A stretch of DNA of 64,000 bases from an uncultured Actinomycetota bacterium. GTDB taxonomy: Bacteria; Actinomycetota; Actinomycetes; Propionibacteriales; Nocardioidaceae. The stretch is taken from NCBI GenBank assembly GCA_963807335.1, contig CAWEBT010000009.1, positions 40,398 to 104,397 on the forward strand. Reading direction: 5' to 3'. A program made the position numbers and the translations under genes. The stretch's first letter is position 1, and every line of letters starts with the position of its first letter. Shown here one piece after another: positions 55,053 through 64,000 of the stretch. A model generated the notes under the pieces. It saw only the letters and a list, made by a program, of their open reading frames with translations, was not told the origin of the DNA and did not search any database.

Positions 55053-55238
55053 CTGCGAATGCTAGACGCCCAGCGCGCAACCACCTCGCGGCGGCGGTCG
55101 AAATACCACATTCCGAGGACCATCACCTCGATGCGCCCAGCCACGGCCGGTGACCAAGATCGACGGTGGTGCGCAAAGTGCCCACGAGACCGAAGCGCGA
55201 GGTGCAACGCTCAAGCACCGTCGGACGACATAGGGGGT

Positions 55239-55712
55239 GTGACCGACTTGAAGTGGAGCGACTCGGAGATGCCGGTGCTCGAGGACACCTACCGCGAGCT
55301 ACGGCTGCCGCTGCTCAGGCTCGCCTTTCTGCTGACCGGCTCCCGGGAGACGGCTGAGGACCTGGTGCAGAGCGCCTTCGCGGCAGCGCAGCCTCGCTGG
55401 CAGCAGATCGTCGACCCTCCGGCGTACCTGCGCCGCAGCATCGTCAACCTCGCCAAGGACGGGCAGCGCCGCGAGTTCCGTCGCCGACGGCTACTGCGAT
55501 CCGAGCCCGAACCGGTCACGGCGATCCCCGAGTTGGACGAAACCTGGTCCACCATCCGGCGACTACCGACCAACCAGCGTGCCGTCGTGGTCCTCCACTA
55601 CTACGAAGACCTCCCCCTGGTGGAGATCAGCCGTCTTCTCGGCCGCCCCCCGAACACCGTGCGCTCCGACCTGCGCCGCGCACACGCCCGACTCCGGAAG
55701 GACTTGTCATGA
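55239..55712 (+). CDS. ECF (SigE-type) RNA polymerase sigma factor
   Basis: LPLLRLAFLLTGSRETAEDLVQSAFAAAQPRW; LPTNQRAVVVLHYYEDLPLVEISRLLGRPPNTVRSDLRRA. Start GTG 55239 or ATG 55269. Confidence 0.85.
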   Translation: MTDLKWSDSEMPVLEDTYRELRLPLLRLAFLLTGSRETAEDLVQSAFAAAQPRWQQIVDPPAYLRRSIVNLAKDGQRREFRRRRLLRSEPEPVTAIPELDETWSTIRRLPTNQRAVVVLHYYEDLPLVEISRLLGRPPNTVRSDLRRAHARLRKDLS

Positions 55713-56425
55713 CGACGCTGCCTGACTCGGACCACGAACTGGACCAGCACCTGCGCCGCACCTTGGCCGCCGTGGCCGCCACCGTGGTTGAGGGCTCGAT
55801 GTCCAACGCAGCGCAGCCCGCGCGCCGGCCCCACCGTCGCCGGGGGCTCTTCGTGGGCGTCGGCGCGGGGCTCGCTGCCATCCCACTTGCCGCCGCTGCG
55901 GTGGCCGGTTTCGGCCCCGAACACGTCGATCGGCTTCCGCCTGCGCATCCAATCGTCAGCGGGAGCGTTGGAGACGAGGAGTACTGGATCGTCGACGGCC
56001 GAGACTCCTCGCAGTGCGAGGGACACCCCTCCGGCATCGAGGTGATCGCCGAGGACAGCAACGTCATCGGCCAGGAGTGGAACACCGTCGGCTACTTCTT
56101 CGGCGAGCCGACCCCGGGCTGGGGATGCGCACCACTGGCCGCGAACGAGCCGCCCGCTCACACCTACTACTACGACGGCGGCCAGACGATCGGCGGCGGC
56201 ATGTTGTGGGCAGGTGCGCTGCACCCCGACATCGACGAGGTGAAGGTTACTTTCGAAGGCGGTGCGCCGTTCGACGCAGACACCTTCACGCACGAGGGCG
56301 GCACCTTCTTCGCCGTCGAGGTCCCGCCCGACACTGCGACGTTCACGGTCGACTACCTGGCCGACGGCGAGGTTGTGTCGCCCCCATCTGGCGAGACGGC
56401 GCAGCACGCCATGGCCCAAGACTGA
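55709..56425 (+). CDS. Single-pass membrane protein downstream of the ECF sigma (anti-sigma-like position)
   Basis: ATGA overlap with the sigma stop. TM LFVGVGAGLAAIPLAAAAVAGF. Extracytoplasmic domain not recognised. Confidence 0.65.
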   Translation: MTTLPDSDHELDQHLRRTLAAVAATVVEGSMSNAAQPARRPHRRRGLFVGVGAGLAAIPLAAAAVAGFGPEHVDRLPPAHPIVSGSVGDEEYWIVDGRDSSQCEGHPSGIEVIAEDSNVIGQEWNTVGYFFGEPTPGWGCAPLAANEPPAHTYYYDGGQTIGGGMLWAGALHPDIDEVKVTFEGGAPFDADTFTHEGGTFFAVEVPPDTATFTVDYLADGEVVSPPSGETAQHAMAQD

Positions 56426-56462
56426 CGAGTGCCGCCGGCAGGCACAAGCTCGACCGTGGATG

Positions 56463-57887
56463 TCAACCGAGCCGGTCCGTCGCCGCCACGAGTTCGCGGA
56501 TCTTGGTGGCGAGATGGGCGTCAAAGGCCCCGGCGGGGGCCTGCCAGCCCCAGTTGCCCTCTGGGGTGCCGGGTGTGTTCATCCGGCTCTGGCTGCCGAG
56601 TCCGAGAATGTCCTGGGCCGGGACGACACTGAGTCGAGCGGTCGATCGCATCGCGAGCCGGATCAACGCCCAGGGCATCGCCTCCTCGGGATCGGGGAGA
56701 CAGGAACGGACGCGGTCCCGGGTCTCCTCGTCCAACAGGTCCCACCACCCGGCGGTGGTGTCGTTGTCGTGGGTGCCGGTGTAGACGACGCTGTGCTCCC
56801 CGTGGTGGCCGGGCAGGTAGAGGTTGTCGCGGTCACCGTCGAACGCGAACTGCAGGACCTTCATCCCGGGCAGAGCGAACCGGATCCGCAGTTCCTCGAC
56901 CTCTGGAGTGATGACTCCGAGGTCCTCTGCCACCAACGACCCCGGCCCCGCGGTGTCGACCAGAACGGACAGGATGTCCGCGCCAGGCCCCGGGACCCAA
57001 CGGCCCTCACGGGCGGTGGGTGCGTCGGCAGGCACGTGCCAGGCCGCCTCGAACCCCCGGAAATGATCGATGCGGACCAGGTCGAACAGCTCGCGCTGGC
57101 GCGCGATCCGGCGCCGCCACCAGGCGAACCCGTCCGCCGCCATCGCATCCCAGTCGTACTGCGGGTTGTTCCAGCGCTGCCCCTCGGCCGCGAAGTAGTC
57201 GGGCGGGCAGCCGGACACGGTGATCGGGCGCCCGTCCTCGTCCAGCTGGAACAACTCCCGCGACGCCCACACGTCGGCACTGTCGAGGGACACGAAGATC
57301 GGCAGGTCTCCGAACAGCAGCACGCCCTTGGACGCGGCGTACTCGCGAAGCCGCGCCCACTGCACCGCGAAGACCCATTGCTCGAAGCGCAGCGACGCCA
57401 GGCGGTCACTGAGCGGAGAGAGCGCCTCCCCGACGGAGCGCGGGTCGCGGTCGCGCAGGGCGGGCGCCCAGGACAGCCAAGGAGCCTGCTCGTGCAGCTC
57501 GCGCAGGGCCGTGAACTCGACGTAGGGATCGAGCCAGTCGGCCTGCGCCGCACACCACGACGAGAAGACGGTCCGCTGCTGTTCCTCCAGTGCCGAGGGA
57601 GCCTCGAGACGGTGAGCGGCCTGGTGTTCCGGGCTGATCATCGCGGTGTTGCCAGCCATTGCGGACAGCGCGTTGTAGGGCGAGTTGTCGCCCGGGTGCG
57701 TCGGCGCCAGCGGCAGCACCTGCCAGACCGAGCAACCGGCGGCGGCGAGGAAGTCGACGAACCGGTAGGCCTCGTCACCGAGGTCGCCGGCGTTCGAGCT
57801 CGCGGAGGGCCCACGTCCGGGAAGGGACGTCACGTGTAGGAGGACGCCTGCCCGACGACTGTCGAACGCCCTGACCTGCTCTCCCAT
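56463..57887 (-). CDS. malQ: 4-alpha-glucanotransferase (amylomaltase, GH77)
   Basis: RRAGVLLHVTSLPG..., SVWQVLPL...SPY, RIDHFRGF, VAEDLG, VVYTGTHDNDT. Confidence 0.9.
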   Translation of the reverse strand: MGEQVRAFDSRRAGVLLHVTSLPGRGPSASSNAGDLGDEAYRFVDFLAAAGCSVWQVLPLAPTHPGDNSPYNALSAMAGNTAMISPEHQAAHRLEAPSALEEQQRTVFSSWCAAQADWLDPYVEFTALRELHEQAPWLSWAPALRDRDPRSVGEALSPLSDRLASLRFEQWVFAVQWARLREYAASKGVLLFGDLPIFVSLDSADVWASRELFQLDEDGRPITVSGCPPDYFAAEGQRWNNPQYDWDAMAADGFAWWRRRIARQRELFDLVRIDHFRGFEAAWHVPADAPTAREGRWVPGPGADILSVLVDTAGPGSLVAEDLGVITPEVEELRIRFALPGMKVLQFAFDGDRDNLYLPGHHGEHSVVYTGTHDNDTTAGWWDLLDEETRDRVRSCLPDPEEAMPWALIRLAMRSTARLSVVPAQDILGLGSQSRMNTPGTPEGNWGWQAPAGAFDAHLATKIRELVAATDRLG

Positions 57888-57988
57888 GACACTCCCTCCA
57901 TCGGGAGCGCGAGCCTAGCCGAGCGCGGCGCCGCGCGGACCACCGACTCGGTGCGTCCGGTCGGCGAGGCAGGAGGAGCAAGGGTCGG

Positions 57989-58786
57989 TCACTTCGTGCA
58001 GCGGACCTCCGGGATCAAGACGGCCGGGTAGCTGGCCGGGGCAGCGGTGGAGAAGAGGTCGTAGCGCAGTTGTTGCGCGCCGGTGAGGTCGGTGGTCGAC
58101 GCGACCACCTGGCCCTTCACGAGCACCTGGTCGACCTTGGTCACACCGTCGAGGGCGAGCGTGATGCGGGACGAGGAGCCGGCGGCCGCGCTGTCGTGCA
58201 TGGCGTACGTCGTGCGCAGGTCGGTACAGACGCCCTTCAGCGGGTACTCGACGTACGACGGCGCGCCGCGCGTGAAGGGCTGAAAGGAGTACAAGTAGGT
58301 CTTGCCGTCGATGACCGCGGTGCTGGACACGGCGATGTTCTCGTAGGCACCCCGCGGTCGCTGGGCGAGCTTCTGCCACGCGTAGACCCGGACCTCGAAG
58401 ACCGGGCTCCGCCCACTCTTCACGCCGCGGGAGCGGCGCTTGACGACGCGGTACTCCCAGGTGCCGACGGCGCTCGGCTCGTCCTTGACCAGGTACTTGC
58501 CGTTGCGCTTGATCTTCGCCTTGGCGATGACGCTCCACCTCTTCGAACCGGCCTTGCGCTGCTGGAGGAGGACCTTCTTGCCGGCGGCCCGCGGCTTCAC
58601 CCTGCCGCGTACCTTGACGACCTCCTCGCCGAGGTTGAGGTCCTGCGTGTTGATCTTCGCCTTGACGGTGTAGGCCGACGGCTTGCGCGCTTGGTCGGGG
58701 GCGGCGTGGGCGGTGGTGGTCGCCCCCAAGCTCGCCGAGCCGACGACCACGGCCGCGGCCGTGAGCAGGGTGGTGAGACGCTTCAT
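57989..58786 (-). CDS. Secreted hypothetical protein (Lys/Arg-rich Ig-like N-terminal part, possible carbohydrate-binding C-terminal part)
   Basis: Signal MKRLTTLLTAAAVVVGSASLGATTTAHA. GC-rich third positions. The C-terminal segment loosely resembles NPCBM-type modules (weak). Confidence 0.65.
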   Translation of the reverse strand: MKRLTTLLTAAAVVVGSASLGATTTAHAAPDQARKPSAYTVKAKINTQDLNLGEEVVKVRGRVKPRAAGKKVLLQQRKAGSKRWSVIAKAKIKRNGKYLVKDEPSAVGTWEYRVVKRRSRGVKSGRSPVFEVRVYAWQKLAQRPRGAYENIAVSSTAVIDGKTYLYSFQPFTRGAPSYVEYPLKGVCTDLRTTYAMHDSAAAGSSSRITLALDGVTKVDQVLVKGQVVASTTDLTGAQQLRYDLFSTAAPASYPAVLIPEVRCTK

Positions 58787-59151
58787 GGAGTTCCCCTCCG
58801 GTTGCGGTGGCGGCCCGGACCCGGCCTTCTTCGGATCCTATGACTGTCGGCGCCGGGGCGCATGCCCACTTTGTGCCGCGGACTTCCGGGGCGATGGCCG
58901 GTCAGGAGACCGGAGACGCGGTCCGTCGAACTGAGGGACCTGGATCTGATGGTCGACCTGAACTCCGACCCGCGCGCCACGGGCTGGGGGGACTTGCCAC
59001 CGAGGGCGGGTCAGTTCGTCCACGCGCGCAGTGGACACGGCCAGTCGTTAGGCGGATCCTGAATCTGGGATCGAGGATCGTGCAACCCGAAGGCGCCCGC
59101 AACGCGTTGTCAATGTCTGGCAGCGGAGCGCCCGGGTCGGCGGGAGATGAG

Positions 59152-59328
59152 ATGGAGTCAGCGACGGAGCGCGAAAGTGACGTGTCCTTCACAGACTTCG
59201 TGCGGGGGCAGGGGGCATCGCTGTACCGGACCGCTTACCTCCTGACCGGCCACCGTAAGCGCGCTGAGGACGTGGTGCAGTCGGCATCGACCAAGATCTG
59301 CCGTGCCTGGCCGGGGGGCAGCACATGA
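59152..59328 (+). pseudogene. Truncated ECF sigma factor remnant (region 2.1-2.2 only)
   Basis: MESATERESDVSFTDFVRGQGASLYRTAYLLTGHRKRAEDVVQSASTKICRAWPGGST*. Aligns by eye to the first ~45 aa of the sigma at 36610..37167 (FTEFVRTHTASLFRTAYLMTGDYQRAEDVLQSALIRVYQHWP). It then stops, with no region 2.3-4.2. Confidence 0.55.
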
Positions 59329-60437
59329 ACGTCGCGGAGTCGCGTCGTCGACGGCGACCTGCTGCGGCCGTGGCGACGGCCATGGCGGCTGCTGTGCTCG
59401 CGTGCACGCCCACCGAACAGCGGTCCAGCGAACCAGCCGACCTTCCTAGGCCCGAGCCCCTTGGCAACAACCCTGCGTGGGTCGATCGTCAAGGCGACGT
59501 GCACCTGGGTGAGCAGGTTCTCGACCTCCCCGCATTCCCCGAGATTCCCGAGCAGCGGTTCGGGCATCCTCCTCCGGATACGTGGGCTCGGAGGTTCGCG
59601 TTGACCGAGACCGGCGTCGTGTGGCGCAACGTGTCGGAGTCGTGGCCGGAGGGTCCTTGGGGTCCGGTTCTGCCCGTGGACACACCGCCCTCCCCGCTGT
59701 ACTGGCAGACCTTCGGCCGCGAGCCAGTGGAGCTGGGCGAGGATCAGGCGACATACGTCACGGCCGATCCCGTGGGCGACATCGTCGTCTGGGTCACCGC
59801 CGAGCGCCAGATGGTCACCTACGACGTAGGCGAGCGCCGTGAGGTCGACACCAGACAGCTGACCGGCAGCACCGAGCTCGCACCTCCGCCGGTGCTGTTC
59901 ATCGACCGCGACCACGTCGTCTACAGGTCGGCCGGGGAGGTGTTGACGTTCAACCTTGCCGAGGGCACCACCGAGCGCGTGGTCGGTGTGCCCGAGGCCG
60001 ATGTCATCGACTACGGCGCCGGGGTGTCGGTCGTTGGTGTGACCAACGTGCTGGACCATGCACCGGGCGACGATCCGCCCAGTGTTGCGCAGCTGGAGTT
60101 CCGTACCGTGACCGCCACCGTTCGGCCGGAGTCCGATCGCCTTTTCCGAGAGGGCAGGCTCAGTCCCGACGGTCGCTGGTTCGTCACCTCGACCGGCTAC
60201 GAGGAAGGCCTTCGGACCGTGGTGCTCGATACGAGCACGGGCGAGCAGGTGTCACTCAATCTCCCGGACCGGAAGAGGGGGGCGTACCGAGATCCGTGGG
60301 GCTGGGCCGGGCAGGACGTCCTGATCGTCGGTCTCGCGGCACGGACCGGGGACCTGGAGGACCCCTGGGTTTGCCGACCGTCCCTGGGTTCCTGCGAGCC
60401 GCTCCCACTGAAGGCCTCGCCCACCTATCCCTGGTGA
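59325..60437 (+). CDS. Putative lipoprotein / beta-propeller-like extracytoplasmic protein
   Basis: ATGA overlap with the sigma remnant. N-terminus RRRRRPAAAVATAMAAAVLAC (lipobox-like LAC). RLSPDGRWFVTS motif as in the PD40 protein. Confidence 0.7.
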   Translation: MNVAESRRRRRPAAAVATAMAAAVLACTPTEQRSSEPADLPRPEPLGNNPAWVDRQGDVHLGEQVLDLPAFPEIPEQRFGHPPPDTWARRFALTETGVVWRNVSESWPEGPWGPVLPVDTPPSPLYWQTFGREPVELGEDQATYVTADPVGDIVVWVTAERQMVTYDVGERREVDTRQLTGSTELAPPPVLFIDRDHVVYRSAGEVLTFNLAEGTTERVVGVPEADVIDYGAGVSVVGVTNVLDHAPGDDPPSVAQLEFRTVTATVRPESDRLFREGRLSPDGRWFVTSTGYEEGLRTVVLDTSTGEQVSLNLPDRKRGAYRDPWGWAGQDVLIVGLAARTGDLEDPWVCRPSLGSCEPLPLKASPTYPW

Positions 60438-60633
60438 TCCAGTCGGTCAGTCGTCGTCGGCTGACCGGTCGCCTGCTCAGCGCATCTGATCATCGGCAGA
60501 CCGACGGGAAGACGGTGGACGCCGTTTCGTGGCGAAAGGACGCGGCGGCTGAGCCACTGCGCTGGCGAATCCTCGGGCCCAGCCCAACCACTGGGCATGA
60601 AGCCCGCCAGCACAGGGCACCCATGGCTCCACG

Positions 60634-63471
60634 CTATTCGCGGCCGAGCACGCCGAGCAGGCCGAGCTTGTCAGCGACTGCACGCGTCCCGAGGTCGAGG
60701 GCCTCGTCGAGGGTGAGTGCCGCACCCGCGGAGCGCGCGGCCTGAAGGTCGGCCGGCGCCAGGGCGGCGAGCGCGGACGCCGTTCGACGCTCACGGAAAC
60801 GCACGTCCGCGGGGACCGCGACGGACTCATCCTCGGCCAGGGCCGCGTCGGCGGCGGCGAGCAGCGTCGCGGTGAGGGCCGGCTCGTCCCGGTGCACCGC
60901 GAGCACCGCCATCGTCTCGAGGCACTCGACAAGCCGATATCGCTGGCCGGCTCGGCGAAGCACCCCCAGAGCGGACCGGAGGTGGTCGGAGGCCTGCCCG
61001 TGCTCCCGCTCGGCCAGCGCCACGTCGGCCAGGCAACGCAGCACCAGCGCCCGCTCGACGGGGTCCGTCTCGATGGCGAGGCTCTCCTCGAGGCACGACC
61101 GGGCCCTTGGGGTGTCGTCGAGGTCGAGGGCGATCATGGCGCGGTTCACGAGCGACAGGGTCAGCGGCAACGCCGGATCCGCGAGCCGGCGACGCAGTGC
61201 GATGGCCTCGTCCATCATCGGCGCCGCCTCTTCGGGTCGCCCGAGGTCACGGGTCAGTCCGCCGAGGGTGTTGAGCGCGCGGGCGGCCCATGCCGGGTCG
61301 TCGGCCTCATTGATGCGCGCGTAGGCCTCGCGACTGTGCCTGAGGGCCTCGTCGGCGTGACCCCGCTCGCCCTGGCAGATTGCCATCGCATGATGGGCCC
61401 TGCCCACGGTGAGAGCGGGCGCGTCCGGGGCCAGGTCGATGGCGCGGGGCAACCACGCCACGTCCTCGGACCCGGGGCTGGTGTGGTACCAGTAGATCCC
61501 TTGCGCGGCCGCCAGTCGCAACAGCAGCTCCGGCGCGGTCCGGTCGTCGGACTCCGCGCGTCCGGCCAGCCACGTCATCGCGGCGCGCATGTTGCCGCGG
61601 TCCTTGGCCAGCCTGTCGAACCACGCGGCACGCTGGGGGCCTCGCATCCCGACCAGCGAGTCCTCCGCGACGTGTAGCTGCCACTCGGCGTGCGCGTCGG
61701 CGGTCTCGGCGAGATCCCCGGCCAGCAGCTCCAAGGCGTACTCGCGCACCGTCTCCAGCATGCCGAACCGACCCGAACCGTCGACGTGGAGGAGGCTCAC
61801 GCGGGTCAGGCCGGTGAGCACGCCCTCGTCCGCCCCGGCGACCCGGGCCGCGGCGTCAGCATCGAAGCCACCGACGAACACTCCCAGCCTCCGGAAGGCC
61901 GCCGTTTCTGGAGCGGTGAGGAGGTCCACGCTCCATGCGACGGCTCCGCGCAGGCTGCGTTGTCTGGTCGTGCGGTCCCTCATCTCGTACGACGCCAGCT
62001 CCAGCCGGGCGAGCAGGCCGCTGGACATGTCGGCCAGACTGATCTCGTCGGCGCGGGCGGCCGCCAGCTCAAGCGCCAGCGGCATCCGGTCGAGCGTCGC
62101 GCAGACCTGCGCGATCACGTTCGTGGCACCGGCGTCGAACCACGGCGCGACCTCGCGCGCCCGGGCCGCGAACAGCGGGATCGCATCGGCCTCCTCCAGC
62201 GGTCCCACCACCCGCACGTGCTCGCCGTACACCTGGAGCCGCTTGCGGCTGGTGACCAGGGCGCAGACGTCTGCCGCCGACTCGAGGAGCTCGGAGACCA
62301 CCGGTGCGGCCTCGTCCACCTGCTCGAAGTTGTCCAGCAGGAGGAGCATCCGCCGTGTCGCCAGGTGCCTTCTCAAAGGAGTGAGGAAGTCGTCGCCGGC
62401 CTCGTCCACCTCCAGCGTCCCGGCGATCGCCTGCAGCACCAACGCGGGGTCGCGCACGTCGGCGAGGCCCACGAACCAGACCCCGTCGGGGAAGTCGGCG
62501 GCCAGCTCGTGGGCCACGGCCAGGGCGAGACGGGTCTTGCCGATGCCCCCGGGACCCGTCAGCGTCACCAGACGCACGTCCGGCTCGCGCAGCAGCGCCA
62601 CCAGCTCACCGATCTCGGACGCCCTGCCGAAGAAGCGGGTGGTGGCGGCCGGAAGCCTGCGGCGTCCACGCACTGCCGCATCGTCCACCCGCAGGGCAGG
62701 GTCGTCCACGAGCACGCGCTGGTGCAGGTCGAGCAGCTCCTGACCGGGTTCCAGACCGGTCTCGTCCACCTTGGCCCGGCGGAGCCGGGCGAGCTCCGCG
62801 AGCGCGTCCGCTTGGCGGCCCGTGCGGTGCAGAGCCAGCACCAAGGGGCCGACAAGGTCCTCGCGAAGGGGATGGCGCGCGACGACCTCCTCCAGCTCGG
62901 GCACCAGGTCGCGGTGTCGGCCCTGCTGCAGGAGCGCCTCAGCCCTCAGCGCCACGACCTCCAGGCGCCGTTCGTCAAGGCCGACCGCGACCTGGTCGAG
63001 TGCTGGTAGGTGGCGTAGGTCCGCCCACGCCTCGCCCCGCCACAGCCCCAGTGCCTCCTCCGTTGCCGCTGCGACCTCGACGAGGTCGCCCGCCACGTAC
63101 GCCGCTCTGGCCCGCTCGTAGTCGGAGCCGAACCGCGCGAGGTCTACCTGATCGGGTGCCACCACCAGCTGGTAGGCCTTTCCGACGGTCTCGAGTAGCG
63201 CCCCGCCACCACCACGTGGGGCCAACACCTTGCGGAGCGCCGAGACGTGGACCTGCAGGTTCCGCACCGGATCGCGGGGAGGGTCAGCCGGCCAGAGCTC
63301 GTCGATCAGGCGCTCGACCGTCACGGCGTGTGGTGCTGCCCGCAGCAGTAGCCCCAGCAGCGCGCGGCGCAACGGAGGTCCGAGATCGACGGCCTGCGCT
63401 CCGGCCTGTACCTCGAGGGGACCCAGCGCGGCGAAGTACAGCGGCGCTTGGTCGGGCGGCTCCCCCTGCAT
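60634..63471 (-). CDS. Large AfsR/SARP-family regulator (winged helix + BTAD + NB-ARC ATPase + TPR)
   Basis: YFAALGPLEVQAG...RRALLGLLLR...NLQVHVSALRKVL; BTAD; Walker A LTGPGGIGKTRLA; LLLLDNFEQV; C-terminal TPR-like helices. Confidence 0.9.
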   Translation of the reverse strand: MQGEPPDQAPLYFAALGPLEVQAGAQAVDLGPPLRRALLGLLLRAAPHAVTVERLIDELWPADPPRDPVRNLQVHVSALRKVLAPRGGGGALLETVGKAYQLVVAPDQVDLARFGSDYERARAAYVAGDLVEVAAATEEALGLWRGEAWADLRHLPALDQVAVGLDERRLEVVALRAEALLQQGRHRDLVPELEEVVARHPLREDLVGPLVLALHRTGRQADALAELARLRRAKVDETGLEPGQELLDLHQRVLVDDPALRVDDAAVRGRRRLPAATTRFFGRASEIGELVALLREPDVRLVTLTGPGGIGKTRLALAVAHELAADFPDGVWFVGLADVRDPALVLQAIAGTLEVDEAGDDFLTPLRRHLATRRMLLLLDNFEQVDEAAPVVSELLESAADVCALVTSRKRLQVYGEHVRVVGPLEEADAIPLFAARAREVAPWFDAGATNVIAQVCATLDRMPLALELAAARADEISLADMSSGLLARLELASYEMRDRTTRQRSLRGAVAWSVDLLTAPETAAFRRLGVFVGGFDADAAARVAGADEGVLTGLTRVSLLHVDGSGRFGMLETVREYALELLAGDLAETADAHAEWQLHVAEDSLVGMRGPQRAAWFDRLAKDRGNMRAAMTWLAGRAESDDRTAPELLLRLAAAQGIYWYHTSPGSEDVAWLPRAIDLAPDAPALTVGRAHHAMAICQGERGHADEALRHSREAYARINEADDPAWAARALNTLGGLTRDLGRPEEAAPMMDEAIALRRRLADPALPLTLSLVNRAMIALDLDDTPRARSCLEESLAIETDPVERALVLRCLADVALAEREHGQASDHLRSALGVLRRAGQRYRLVECLETMAVLAVHRDEPALTATLLAAADAALAEDESVAVPADVRFRERRTASALAALAPADLQAARSAGAALTLDEALDLGTRAVADKLGLLGVLGRE

Positions 63472-63501
63472 GGGCTCATTATGCGCAGCCCGGGCCGCCG
63501 G

Positions 63502-63520
63502 TGTTGAGCATCTGTTGAGC
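63502..63520 (+). promoter_or_regulatory. Two 8-bp direct repeats TGTTGAGC at 11-bp spacing between the AfsR-type regulator and a secreted-protein gene
   Basis: tgttgagc atc tgttgagc read directly; 57 nt upstream of ATG 63578. Confidence 0.4.
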
Positions 63521-63577
63521 GGCGTCCGGCAGCCTCACCTCCCTCGGCACCACTCACTCAGGACAGGGAGAACCCAC

Positions 63578-64000
63578 ATGACCAGGACACGTTGCTCTCG
63601 CAGGGCCGCCGGCGTACTCGTCGCAGCCGCCACCATCGTCGCAGCGACCGTGACGCCGTCGGCAGCCATCGACGGCGACACGCTCAGCGTCGCCGGACCG
63701 GCCACCGGGACCGTCAGCCTGCCCGTGGTCTTCACCGCCAACGGCGTGCTGGCGGACCACTACCTCGACCGGTGGCTCGAGGTCTACGCGCTCCCCACGG
63801 CTGTGGTGAGCTCATGCCCGCAGTCGGTGATGAACGCGCCGACCGTGGCATCCGGCAGCTCCACCATCGGCGGCGAGATGGTGGCTACCGCATTGCACGC
63901 GGGCAACGCGGAGCCGTACTCCATCCAGATCGTCTGGAGCCCGTGGATGGCAGGTACCTACCTGATCTGCACCTACCTCAATCACCAGATCTACACCGAC
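63578..64000 (+). CDS. Secreted hypothetical protein (partial; continues beyond right edge)
   Basis: Not in track (open at edge). ATG 63578 after agggag. Hand translation MTRTRCSRRAAGVLVAAATIVAATVTPSAAIDGDTLSVAGPATGTVSLPVVFTANG... (signal peptide, GC-rich third positions). Confidence 0.6.
   Translation, partial: MTRTRCSRRAAGVLVAAATIVAATVTPSAAIDGDTLSVAGPATGTVSLPVVFTANGVLADHYLDRWLEVYALPTAVVSSCPQSVMNAPTVASGSSTIGGEMVATALHAGNAEPYSIQIVWSPWMAGTYLICTYLNHQIYTD

Noticed and set aside
60444-60467. Hairpin CGGTCAG-N10-CTGACCG after the lipoprotein gene, considered as an intrinsic terminator
   Set aside because: Only a 7-bp stem with a 10-nt loop and no downstream T-tract. Too weak to annotate.

Overview
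High-GC actinobacterial chromosomal segment (SARP regulators, SigE-type ECF sigmas, a DinB/mycothiol-type protein and an LLM oxidoreductase all fit Actinomycetota). It is densely coding, about 65 genes, and the gene calls come from reading the ORF track plus hand translation. I saw no rRNA, CRISPR array, integrase or transposase. One tRNA-Gly(UCC) lies at 49.50-49.57 kb.

Layout:
- 1-3.3 kb: right-hand edge of a contractile-injection-system (phage-tail-like) locus on the minus strand: SARP regulator, DUF4255, a beta-sandwich protein and the N-terminus of a tail sheath that runs off the window.
- 3.7-7.6 kb: a divergent three-gene operon. It encodes an orphan Cys-rich protein with an extreme Asp/His/Arg tail, a three-domain EEP / LAS-like peptidase / GH25 muramidase, and a holin-like protein. 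This is my best candidate for something undescribed.
- 7.8-23.3 kb: housekeeping and catabolic genes (FEN exonuclease, LuxR + O-methyltransferase, psuK-psuG, Lrp + methionine-gamma-lyase-like enzyme, a kinase/SDR/FAD-oxidase/dehydrogenase operon).
- 23.6-35.3 kb: a large sulfur and thiol-redox cluster. It holds an ArsR-rhodanese fusion, a CPTC membrane protein, DsbA, CcdA, ArsR, two DUF202 proteins, a rhodanese-persulfide dioxygenase, DsrE, TusA, a signal-less Mo-oxidoreductase with a fused FeS-NrfD subunit, and Mrp/ApbC.
- Three ECF-sigma / beta-propeller modules (35.3-37.2, 53.4-56.4 and 59.2-60.4 kb). All three are visibly damaged or frame-ambiguous.
- 42.1-46.2 kb: a LysR-controlled BBOX-like dioxygenase + HD-domain pair that resembles the TmpAB/PhnYZ oxidative C-P cleavage logic.
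- 49.7-53.6 kb: an APH-like kinase, a DUF5710-like/SF2 helicase and a secreted EEP enzyme beside the tRNA.
- 56.5-64 kb: malQ, secreted proteins and a large AfsR-type regulator with a direct-repeat box facing a secreted-protein gene.

All functional calls are motif- or family-level recognitions by eye. No database search was run.
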